From: Gemmatimonadaceae bacterium
GTDB taxonomy: Bacteria; Gemmatimonadota; Gemmatimonadetes; Gemmatimonadales; Gemmatimonadaceae
Assembly: GCA_036264075.1 (NCBI GenBank)
Contig: DATARP010000100.1
Location: 2,737-66,736, forward strand
DNA: 64,000 nucleotides
Direction: 5' to 3'
The notes beneath the pieces were generated by a model that was not told where the DNA came from, ran no database searches, and saw nothing but the letters and a program-made list of their open reading frames with translations. Every line of letters begins with the position of its first letter. Positions within the stretch are counted from its first letter, which is position 1. Made by a program: the position numbers and the translations under genes. Below are positions 29,999 through 38,469 of this stretch, in pieces.

Positions 29999-32001
29999 TG
30001 CGCCGGCCGATTCAGTTGAACGATGGCGCCCGGTGGCGAGACGGTTCCGGCCGCCGGAAGCGTTCCCGACGGCGACGCCGTGCCCAGGCGAACTCTGAAT
30101 CCCGCGGCGTGCAGCGCTCGCACGGCCTCTCGCACCGAGAGATCCCTGACATCGGGAATCGCGCGCGGCGCAATTGGCAATGGAGCCGACGCGTGAGAGG
30201 CCGGAAGATCCATGACGTAAGACCTGGTTCCTTCCGTGACGTCGCGCGGTCTGAGATTGTCGCTCGGGTCATACGACGCCGCATCGATGTGTTCTGTCGG
30301 ATCACGAGAGACTTCTTTGGCCACGCTCCCGATGGCCGTCTTCTCCGAAGTGGCGAGGTCCTCACGATTGAGCGCCGCGTCACGAGCCGCGAGAGCTGCG
30401 CGCAATACGATCTGCGTCACGGGAGCCGCAATATCGCCGCCGGCGTAATGCTTTCCCTTGGGGCTGTCCAGCTTCACCAGCACGACGTACTGGGGATCCT
30501 TGCCGGGAAACAGACCGACGAAGGAAGCCGTGTAGTTGCCCGTAGTGTAGCCGGCATTCTGTGAAGTGCGGCGAGCGGTGCCGCTCTTGCCGGCGACATC
30601 GAACGTCTGGAGATCGGCCTTTGTCGCCGTGCCCTCCTGCACCACCGCCAGCAGCATCTCCTGCACAGTACGCGCGACCTCTCCCGACATCACCCGTCGC
30701 ACCGGACGGGGCTCAGCGCGATAAATCACCTTTCCATCGAGCGAGCGCACTTCTTTCACCAGGTGCGGCTCGAGGAGCTCTCCGCCGTTGGCGATGGCGG
30801 AGTAGGCCGTGACGAGCTGCAGCGGAGTGACCGCGATCTCGTAGCCCATCAGAATCGATGCACTCGTCTGTCGCGACCAGTCCTTCGGATCACGCAGTGT
30901 GCCCGGCGATTCCGCGGGGAGCGGCACGCCGAGCGGCATTCCGAACCCAAGATCGCGAAACATCTCGTACTTCTGGCGCGGCGTGAGTCGCTGCCCGAAC
31001 TCCACGATTCCGATATTGCTCGAGAACCTGATCACATCGGCCAGGGAAAGCTGAGCTGCTTTGTGCATGTCCGTGATCGTCCGCCCATCGAGCTCGAGTT
31101 TTCCGTTATGCGTGTTGACGATGTCGGTGGGCTGCGCACGCCCGCGTTCCAGGAGCTGCGCGGCAACAAACGGTTTGAGCGTCGAGCCCGGCTCGAACGG
31201 CTCCGTAACCGCGGTATTCGAGAACGACGTGTGCCCGACGCGATTGCTCGCGAGTGCGAGAATCTCGCCGGTGTGAGGGTTCATCACGACGATGTCACCG
31301 CCGTCCGCGCGAAGGCTGTCGACCGCAATTGCCAGCTCGCGCTCGCAGATCTCCTGAAGCGTGTTGTTGATCGTGAGCACGACGGTCGAGCCGGCTCGCG
31401 GCTGTTCGGTCCAGGCGTCGGGACTGTCCAAGGCGCGTCCGCTCTTGTCGCGGGCGAGGCTCACTTTCCCCGAATCGCCGCGAAGAATGGCGTCGAGCGC
31501 GAGCTCGAGACCATCCAGCGGATTTCCCTGACCGTCCAGGCTTCCGACGATGCTTCTGATCCCGCTCGAATGGGCGTACACGCGCTGCAGCACTGGAGTG
31601 AGGTGCACGCCACTCACCTTCGAAAGCGACGCGATGTCGGACTGGCTGTAGAGGCCCGGCAAATCGACCCATCTCCGCCTTCGCTCGATCGCCGCGTGAA
31701 CGAGTGCGGCATCAACGCGTGCACGACGCAACGCCTTCAAAACCAGTCCGGTGTCCCGCACTTCGGGCAGCGCGACCGCGATGCGAGTCAGCTCACGACT
31801 CTCCACCAGAGTGTTGCCGCTCGCGTCGAGGATTTCTCCGCGCGGGGCCGCGGCAGCGGACGCAATGAAGTGTTGACGCTTGCCGCGACTCACCCACTCC
31901 TTGCCTTCGACGACCTGGACCTTGGCTGCGCGCGCTATCAGCGCGAGCGAGAACAGGACGAAGAAGCCGTGAACAACGGTGACGCGATTAGGGGCTTTCA
32001 C
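29995..32001 (-). CDS. ftsI: Class B PBP FtsI/PBP3 with C-terminal PASTA-like domain
   Basis: TM, RGEILD, EPGSTLK (SxxK), SSN, KSGTA; GTG start about 32001. Confidence 0.92.
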   Translation of the reverse strand: MKAPNRVTVVHGFFVLFSLALIARAAKVQVVEGKEWVSRGKRQHFIASAAAAPRGEILDASGNTLVESRELTRIAVALPEVRDTGLVLKALRRARVDAALVHAAIERRRRWVDLPGLYSQSDIASLSKVSGVHLTPVLQRVYAHSSGIRSIVGSLDGQGNPLDGLELALDAILRGDSGKVSLARDKSGRALDSPDAWTEQPRAGSTVVLTINNTLQEICERELAIAVDSLRADGGDIVVMNPHTGEILALASNRVGHTSFSNTAVTEPFEPGSTLKPFVAAQLLERGRAQPTDIVNTHNGKLELDGRTITDMHKAAQLSLADVIRFSSNIGIVEFGQRLTPRQKYEMFRDLGFGMPLGVPLPAESPGTLRDPKDWSRQTSASILMGYEIAVTPLQLVTAYSAIANGGELLEPHLVKEVRSLDGKVIYRAEPRPVRRVMSGEVARTVQEMLLAVVQEGTATKADLQTFDVAGKSGTARRTSQNAGYTTGNYTASFVGLFPGKDPQYVVLVKLDSPKGKHYAGGDIAAPVTQIVLRAALAARDAALNREDLATSEKTAIGSVAKEVSRDPTEHIDAASYDPSDNLRPRDVTEGTRSYVMDLPASHASAPLPIAPRAIPDVRDLSVREAVRALHAAGFRVRLGTASPSGTLPAAGTVSPPGAIVQLNRPAQ

Positions 32002-32296
32002 GTCGACCCGTGCGTGGAAGTATGACGACCTGCTTGTCCGAGGGAACGTGCATCCCCAGCTGGCTCTCGGCGACGACGCCGAGGCGCTGCCGACTCGAAG
32101 CATCGCGGATGTCGCTCTCCAGGCGTGCACGCTCCCCTTCCAGCTCGCTGCGCTTGCCGTCTAGTGTCGCGAGACGCTCCGACTGGGCAATGCCGACCGT
32201 CCTCCGCCACACGATGGACAAGGCGACGAGAACGAAAGCAGTCAGGACCAGCGCCACGAGGGATCTCCCTCTGAGTGCTACGCCGCGCTTCGCCAT
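31988..32296 (-). CDS. ftsL: Cell division protein FtsL
   Basis: Short basic N-tail, one TM, coiled coil, A..QLGM..P motif; between rsmH and ftsI; ATG 32296. Confidence 0.8.
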   Translation of the reverse strand: MAKRGVALRGRSLVALVLTAFVLVALSIVWRRTVGIAQSERLATLDGKRSELEGERARLESDIRDASSRQRLGVVAESQLGMHVPSDKQVVILPRTGRRESP

Positions 32297-33222
32297 GCGC
32301 GTAGTCTGGCGCTTCGTGAGCGCGGATTCGACGACGTCTCGGCGCGACTCGCGGTAATTGCCCGCTTGGTAACCAGCTTGCCGAGTGAGTGGCCGCGACA
32401 CGTGCACTGTAGCTGCTTGGGCGGGCAGATGCACTCAGCGCTCCATTCGCGCATCGTGTGCTTGGCGAGCCGGTCTTCGCCGGAGTGATAGGCGATGACC
32501 GCAAGTATTCCACCGGGGTTGAGGCGGTCCCGCAGGAGCGGCAACGCCTTTTCGAGCGCGCCCAGCTCGTCGTTGACGGCGATGCGGACCGCCTGGAAAA
32601 AACGCGCAAAATCACCCGGGCCCGTGCGCGCGCCGAAGGCGCCTCGAATCGCATCGACGAGGTCGTCGCTCACGCGCATGGGTTTACGCTCTCGCCGACG
32701 CGTGATTTCCCGAGCGAGGCGGTTGGCCCTCGGCTCGTCTCCGTAGTCGCGAAAAATGTGGGATAGGTTGTCTTCATCCAGCGTGTTCAACAATTCGGCG
32801 GCGGTCGTAGTAGAGCGACGGTCCATCCTCATGTCGAGTAACGCGCCAGGGCGGAAAGAGAAACCTCTTTCGTCGGCGTCGATCTGATGCGAAGAGACCC
32901 CCAAATCCGCCAGGATGCCGTCGAATGTGCGCCCGGCCAGCTCCGGAATCCGGTCCAGCTCGGCGAAATTCCCCCTGATCGCGAGAAAGCGGCCCGCCAC
33001 CTCGTAGGGCGCAAGCCGCTTTCGCGCTTCAAAGATCGCTGCCTCGTCGCGATCGAGCGCTACGACGGAGGAGCCGGAGGCAAGGAGGGCATCGCTGTGC
33101 CCTCCCCCTCCCAAAGTGCAGTCCAGTATTTCCGTGGCTCCGGCAAACAGCGCCGATACCTCGTCGACCATGACCGGCGCATGGTAGGAAGTATCCCACC
33201 GGCCGGTCAGAGGATCGGTCAC
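32278..33222 (-). CDS. rsmH: 16S rRNA m4C1402 methyltransferase RsmH
   Basis: HAPVM, DCTLGGGGHS, DLGVSS, LDMRMD, FQAVRIAVN, NPRSRSA. Confidence 0.96.
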   Translation of the reverse strand: MTDPLTGRWDTSYHAPVMVDEVSALFAGATEILDCTLGGGGHSDALLASGSSVVALDRDEAAIFEARKRLAPYEVAGRFLAIRGNFAELDRIPELAGRTFDGILADLGVSSHQIDADERGFSFRPGALLDMRMDRRSTTTAAELLNTLDEDNLSHIFRDYGDEPRANRLAREITRRRERKPMRVSDDLVDAIRGAFGARTGPGDFARFFQAVRIAVNDELGALEKALPLLRDRLNPGGILAVIAYHSGEDRLAKHTMREWSAECICPPKQLQCTCRGHSLGKLVTKRAITASRAETSSNPRSRSARLRAWRSAA

Positions 33223-34901
33223 TTACAGAAGCGCTTCACCTCGTTGTCGACCGCCGGCGTGAATTGCGGAATGGCCGTCAGGAGCTGAGCTGCCTCGTTC
33301 GGGTACTTCTGTCCACCCGCCGGCAAGTTCATCTGCGCGAGATTGAATGCATCGCGAGCCGTCCGCGCCAGGTCGCAGCTCTTCTTCTCGTTGGCATCGA
33401 TCGTTGCGCTCTGGCCGAGCGAGAACGCGCTGGCGCCGAGCAGGAACTTGGCGTCCGCTGAGCTCTGGAGCTGGTCGGAGAGCTGGAGGAACTTGATCGC
33501 GCGCTGGAAATCGGCGCGGTCCTTGGAACCCTGGCCCGCTTTGTAGGCGTTGCTTCCCTGCTGCAGAGCGAGCGCGGACAGGGAGCCCACATCGGCGCCA
33601 TTCTGCTTTGCCAGGTTGAGCGTGTTGGTCATGTCGTCGTACTGATTCATCGCTCCCTGAATCGTCGCCAGCAGGAAATATCCATTCGGATTCTTGGGGT
33701 TCGCAGCCACCGCCTTCTTGGCGGCGTCGAGCGCCAACGGAAGCTGACCCGACTTATAGAGCGTCTGTGCGTTGAACAGCTGAAGGTTCGGATCGCTGGG
33801 GACTTTCTTGGATCCCAGCGAGATCGCCTCGGCAGCTTTCTGCGGCTGATTCATGGCCGTGTATGCACCCGCCAGCCGCGAGTAGTAGTCCGCAGTCGCT
33901 GCCGCGGTGTCGACGCGCACCATCTCCGTTCCGGTGTTGATCGCGTCGTTGAAATCCTTGGCGTTCAGATAAACCAACCAGGCGAGGTTGAGCAGCTGCG
34001 GGTCGCCCGGATTGTTCTGGATCAGATCGCGCATGAGCGGGACTGCCTGATCCGCGTGACCCATCTTCGCGTACTCGGCCACGACATCCTGAATGAGCTT
34101 GATGTTCGTCGGGTCGGCGGCTGCGAGGCCACCGAGAACCTGGAGCATCTTCGTCGTGTCGTTCTTGGTGCGATAGGTGTCAGCCAGCCTTCTGAGAGCC
34201 ACGATATTCGCGGGATCGCTCGCCCGAATGCGCTCTGCGACGGCGATCACGGAGTCATCCATCTTGAGTCCGGCGTAGGCGTCGACAAGGCAGGCCCCGG
34301 CGATGTTCGCACTTCTGGAACCGGCCATTGCTGAGCGCGCGGCGGCCACTCCCGCCTGGTACTGGCCCTGCGCAACCGCATTGTGACAGGTCTCTTCCCC
34401 AGACAGCTGGCGGCGCGCATCCTGGATCGACTTGGCGACCTGGCTGGCGGCGTCATCGAGCTTCGCAGACTGAGCGCTGGGCAGCACCTGGCCGCGAGTC
34501 ATATCGCGGGAGATGATCAGCCGCGAATCGATCTTGTATCCGGTCGGCGTCTTTGAGACGGTTCCTTCCAGATACTGCGGAGCGCGCACGAGGGTCGCCA
34601 GCGCTTTGGCATCGCCAGGCGCCAGCGCCTCGGTCGGGCTGTAACCCGAGGAGCGCAGGCTGTTTTCGATATCGGCCTTTGGGACGACGACGAGATCGCG
34701 AAGGTTGGTCTGCCTCTGGAGCTGGCTCCGAATTGCCTCCGCCGCTTGCCCACCGAGACCTGGGTCGGCGCTCTGTAGCGTCGGGATCATGACTCGATCG
34801 CCAGTTTTGGTCTGGGCCGCCGCGGACGACGCGCTCAAACCAGCCAACAGAGCGAGGATGGCGACAAGACCGGGTCGTGAATGACGTTGACGTGCCTTCA
34901 A
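33219..34901 (-). CDS. Exported TPR-repeat protein
   Basis: Probable TTG start at 34901 behind GGAGGT; signal peptide ending AAAQ; alpha/beta N-domain followed by many TPR-like helical pairs. Confidence 0.75.
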   Translation of the reverse strand: MKARQRHSRPGLVAILALLAGLSASSAAAQTKTGDRVMIPTLQSADPGLGGQAAEAIRSQLQRQTNLRDLVVVPKADIENSLRSSGYSPTEALAPGDAKALATLVRAPQYLEGTVSKTPTGYKIDSRLIISRDMTRGQVLPSAQSAKLDDAASQVAKSIQDARRQLSGEETCHNAVAQGQYQAGVAAARSAMAGSRSANIAGACLVDAYAGLKMDDSVIAVAERIRASDPANIVALRRLADTYRTKNDTTKMLQVLGGLAAADPTNIKLIQDVVAEYAKMGHADQAVPLMRDLIQNNPGDPQLLNLAWLVYLNAKDFNDAINTGTEMVRVDTAAATADYYSRLAGAYTAMNQPQKAAEAISLGSKKVPSDPNLQLFNAQTLYKSGQLPLALDAAKKAVAANPKNPNGYFLLATIQGAMNQYDDMTNTLNLAKQNGADVGSLSALALQQGSNAYKAGQGSKDRADFQRAIKFLQLSDQLQSSADAKFLLGASAFSLGQSATIDANEKKSCDLARTARDAFNLAQMNLPAGGQKYPNEAAQLLTAIPQFTPAVDNEVKRFCK

Positions 34902-34970
34902 TGGTATAACCTCCAAGACGGTAAACATTCTTACACCACTTCCCAAACTGTGGGTCCCTGAAACCTCTAA

Positions 34971-35044
34971 TGGGCGAGGAGGGACTCGAACCCCCGACAT
35001 CCTGCGTGTAAGGCAGGCGCTCTAACCAACTGAGCTACTCGCCC
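34971..35044 (-). tRNA. tRNA-Val (anticodon TAC)
   Basis: GGGCGAGTAGCTCAGTTGGTTAGAGCG-CCTGC CT TAC AC GCAGG-...GGGGGTTCGAGTCCCTC-CTCGCCCA cloverleaf; CCA not encoded. Confidence 0.95.
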
Positions 35045-35068
35045 GGTGCAGAAACCGAGCCTATTCTG

Positions 35069-35266
35069 TCACCGGAGAATCGCCAGCGGCACCAGCACGC
35101 AATACCCGATGACAAGCAGGATCGGGGCTAGCGTTTCGCCGCCACGCGCGAGATCGGCGAAGCCGGCGACGAGGACTACAGCTGCAAGCGTCCAGTAGAG
35201 CCACGAGCGGCGACCAGTCATATCCCGGTGCGCACTCGGACCACTGGCAAGATCGGTTTTGGCCAT
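35069..35266 (-). CDS. Small two-TM membrane protein, hypothetical
   Basis: 65 aa with two hydrophobic helices; directly behind a good promoter. Confidence 0.6.
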   Translation of the reverse strand: MAKTDLASGPSAHRDMTGRRSWLYWTLAAVVLVAGFADLARGGETLAPILLVIGYCVLVPLAILR

Positions 35267-35275
35267 AAGCGAGGT

Positions 35276-35304
35276 AGTGTAGGGCGGTTGGAAATGCGTG
35301 TCAA
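35276..35304 (-). promoter_or_regulatory. sigma70-type promoter upstream of the small protein and tRNA-Val
   Basis: TTGACA-N17-TACACT; only 9 nt between the -10 and the ATG at 35266. Confidence 0.7.
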
Positions 35305-35338
35305 CCCGACTTCGTACCTCGCTGGGATGCGGAGGGTC

Positions 35339-36457
35339 CTAGGAGCTTGCTTTCTTGCCCTCGGAATAGTGCAGGTCCACCCAATCGCGGTAGCTGCCGT
35401 CCATCACGGAGCGCCACCATGGCTCGTTGGAGATATACCATTTAATGGTCTTGAGCAGACCAGTCTCGAACGACTCGGACGGCCCATAACCGGTCTCCAG
35501 CGTCGCCTTCATGGCATCGATGGCGTAGCGCCGGTCGTGCCCTGGCCGATCCTTCACAAATTTGATCAGCTCCGACGTGTCCCCGCCGATTGCCGCCGGC
35601 GACTTCGGGAATTGCTCGCGGATCTTCTCGTCCTTCGCGAAAATCGTGTTGATATGTTTGCAGATGGCCTTCACCACGTCGATGTTCTTGCGCTCGGAGT
35701 TGCCGCCGAGGTTGTAGGTCTCCCCCAGACGGCCCTTCTCGAGCACCCGCTCGATGCCACGACAGTGGTCGCGCACATACAGCCAATCGCGGATCTGTAA
35801 CCCATCTCCGTAAACCGGCAGCTGCTTGCCGTCCAGCGCGTTGACGATCGTGAGCGGAATCAGCTTTTCAGGGAAATGGTACGGCCCGTAGTTGTTCGAG
35901 CAGTTTGTGGTCGTCACCGGGACGCCGTAGGTGTGATGATACGCGCGCACGAGGTGGTCCGCGGCGGCTTTGCTTGCCGCGTAGGGTGAATTCGGAGCGT
36001 ATGCGTTCTCTTCCGTGAACGGCGCCGCATTCGGCGCAAGCGAGCCGTAGACTTCGTCGGTCGAAATGTGGTGGAACCGCCGAGCCCCGCCGGACCAATC
36101 CTCAGACCACGCCGCGCGAGCGGCCTTGAGCAGCTCGTGGGTGCCACGGACGTTGGTATCGATGAAGGGATCCGGGCCCCTGATCGACCGGTCAACGTGC
36201 GATTCGGCCGCGAAGTGAACGATGGTGTCGATACCCTCACGCTTGATGATCTCGTGCATGATGTCGCCGTCGCGAATGTCACCCTTGATGAAGGTGAACT
36301 TCTCGTTGTCCGCGAGCGGCTCGAGGTTCGACAGATTGCCGGCGTACGTGAGCGCGTCCAGCCCGATGACCGTGTCGCCGGAGTGATGCTCCGCCCAGAA
36401 ATGCACGAAGTTGGTGCCGATGAATCCGGCTGCGCCGGTAACGAGCATCCTACGCAT
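35339..36457 (-). CDS. rfbB: dTDP-glucose 4,6-dehydratase
   Basis: TGAAGFIG, LTYAGN, AAESHVDRSI, STDEVYG, YAASK, DRPGHDRRY. Confidence 0.95.
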   Translation of the reverse strand: MRRMLVTGAAGFIGTNFVHFWAEHHSGDTVIGLDALTYAGNLSNLEPLADNEKFTFIKGDIRDGDIMHEIIKREGIDTIVHFAAESHVDRSIRGPDPFIDTNVRGTHELLKAARAAWSEDWSGGARRFHHISTDEVYGSLAPNAAPFTEENAYAPNSPYAASKAAADHLVRAYHHTYGVPVTTTNCSNNYGPYHFPEKLIPLTIVNALDGKQLPVYGDGLQIRDWLYVRDHCRGIERVLEKGRLGETYNLGGNSERKNIDVVKAICKHINTIFAKDEKIREQFPKSPAAIGGDTSELIKFVKDRPGHDRRYAIDAMKATLETGYGPSESFETGLLKTIKWYISNEPWWRSVMDGSYRDWVDLHYSEGKKASS

Positions 36458-36538
36458 TGTCGATCCTGCCTTCTTTCATCGTGCCTCTGAATCGGTTGGA
36501 TGGTGAGCGGCAAACAGCGAACGATACCGCGAGCTTGT

Positions 36539-37621
36539 TCATGCGCCAATGCCTCGCGTTTTGGAGTGGCAGAGATCCCTGATCGCACGCGCGATGTCGC
36601 GCGCCGCCGCGACGCGATCAGCGCCGGCCGCTTCCATGGCGGCCTGCGGCATCCCGTAGATAATCGAGCTGTCGCGGTCCTGGATTACGGACTTTCCACC
36701 CGCGGCACGAATTCGTCGCAGGCCATCTGCCCCGTCGCGTCCCATCCCGGTGAGCACTACTCCGATTGCGTTCGAACCGAACGCGTCGGCGGCGGAAGCA
36801 AACAGCGGATCGGCGGCGGGTCTAACACCCCAGAGGGTGGGTGAACTATCGAGGGCAATCGTTGCAGCGCCCGCCCGTCCTGCGAGCGTCATGTGAAAAC
36901 CGCCGGGCGCCAGGTACACGTGGTTCTCGAGTAGCGCTTCCTGGTCGACGGCTTCGGCTACCGGCAGCGGACTCATCAGGTCGAGCCGGTGCGAGAGGCT
37001 ACGCGTGAACTCCCGGGGCATGTGTTGAACTATGAGCACGGCCGCTCCCAGACTGTCCGGAAGGTGCGGGACAATCTCTCCGAGAGCGCGAGGTCCGCCC
37101 GTCGACGCCGCAATCACCACAACTCGATTCGCCGCGCCGGAGGTTTTCTTGGGAACCGTCTCTGCGCCGACACGAACGCCGCCCTGACCCGGTGTGCGCA
37201 CACCGGCCATGTTGACCGCGCGCGCCGCGTTGAGCGCGGCGAGCAGCTCCTGCCTCACGGTCAGCAAGTCAATGCTGATTGGACCAGACGGCTTTCTCAC
37301 GAACTCCACGGCGCCGCACTCCAGTGCGCGAAGCGTCATCTCGTTTCCGCGCTCCGAGCCCGCGGCGCTCAGCATCACCACCGGTCGCGGCATCTCCCGC
37401 ATGATTGTGTCGAGCGTCTGCAATCCGTCGAGCCGCGGCATCTCGATGTCGAGCGTCACGATGTCGGGGTTGAGAGCGCGGATCGATTCAATTGCCTCCA
37501 CTCCATCGGCGGCGGTTCCAACGACCTTGAACTCGCGAGTGGACTCTACCATCTCGGCGATCAGAGTCCGCATGAACGAGCTGTCGTCGACTACGAGAAC
37601 AGTTGATAACGCCTCCTTCAT
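36539..37621 (-). CDS. cheB: Chemotaxis methylesterase CheB (REC + methylesterase)
   Basis: VDDS..LDIEMP REC; catalytic ASTGG, VQHMP, TGMGRDGA; ATG 37621. Confidence 0.95.
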   Translation of the reverse strand: MKEALSTVLVVDDSSFMRTLIAEMVESTREFKVVGTAADGVEAIESIRALNPDIVTLDIEMPRLDGLQTLDTIMREMPRPVVMLSAAGSERGNEMTLRALECGAVEFVRKPSGPISIDLLTVRQELLAALNAARAVNMAGVRTPGQGGVRVGAETVPKKTSGAANRVVVIAASTGGPRALGEIVPHLPDSLGAAVLIVQHMPREFTRSLSHRLDLMSPLPVAEAVDQEALLENHVYLAPGGFHMTLAGRAGAATIALDSSPTLWGVRPAADPLFASAADAFGSNAIGVVLTGMGRDGADGLRRIRAAGGKSVIQDRDSSIIYGMPQAAMEAAGADRVAAARDIARAIRDLCHSKTRGIGA

Positions 37622-37635
37622 GCTGCAGCAGCCTT

Positions 37636-38469
37636 TCAGATCTTGCGGAAAATGCGCTCGCGCGCATTGACCGGTGAAAACAGTCCCCTTGCTTCGCCGA
37701 GCAGCGTCTCCACCTTGCCGAGCACGAGAAAACCGCCGGGTGCGAGGGTTCTGTGGAAGTGCTCGAACAATGCGTCCTGCGCAGCGCGCTCGAGGTAGAT
37801 GATCACGTTGCGACACACGATCAGGTGCGCATCCCCGAAGGGCGGCTGAAAGTGCAGCAGGTCACGCACCTCGAACCTTACCAGACGCCGGACTTCGGGC
37901 AGCATCGTGTGCATACCGGCGACTCGCGGGAAATAGTGCTCCCGCAAATCCGCCGGCGTATCGCCGAGAGCCGAGTCCTGGTAGACGCCACGGGCGGCTT
38001 CCTCCAGGCAGTCGGTGTCGATGTCGGTACCAACCACCGAAACAGAGTCGAGGCTCCGTCCGCCATTCACTGCCGCGTGCCTGTGCATCAGGATTCCGAT
38101 CGAATACGGCTCTTCACCGGACGAACAGCCCGCGCTCCAGACCCGTATCTCGCGATCGTCCCTCGCCATGAGGTCCGGAACGACCTTCTGATCGATTGCC
38201 GCGTAAGTCTCCGGGTTGCGGAAGAACTTCGTGACGTTGACCGTGAGCGAGCGCATCAATCGCTCATATTCGCGCGGGTCGTTGTCGAGCATTTCCGAAT
38301 ACTCCGCGCACCCTGCTGCTCCCTTCGCGCGGATTCGAACTGCGATCCGGCGGCGCAGGCATTTGTCCTTGTAGCTCGAGCATTGAAAGCCGCTGTCGCG
38401 CGTGATCTTCTCCATCAGCGCGCGGAATTCGGCGTCATCGCCCTCGATTATCGCGGCGAAGGCTGTCAG
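37636..38469 (-). CDS. cheR: Chemotaxis methyltransferase CheR
   Basis: TVNVTKFFR, WSAGCSSGEEPYS, GTDID, CRNVIIY, GGFLVLG. First ATG is 38415, but the frame extends to a CTG at 38469 overlapping the upstream TGA. Confidence 0.92.
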   Translation of the reverse strand: MTAFAAIIEGDDAEFRALMEKITRDSGFQCSSYKDKCLRRRIAVRIRAKGAAGCAEYSEMLDNDPREYERLMRSLTVNVTKFFRNPETYAAIDQKVVPDLMARDDREIRVWSAGCSSGEEPYSIGILMHRHAAVNGGRSLDSVSVVGTDIDTDCLEEAARGVYQDSALGDTPADLREHYFPRVAGMHTMLPEVRRLVRFEVRDLLHFQPPFGDAHLIVCRNVIIYLERAAQDALFEHFHRTLAPGGFLVLGKVETLLGEARGLFSPVNARERIFRKI

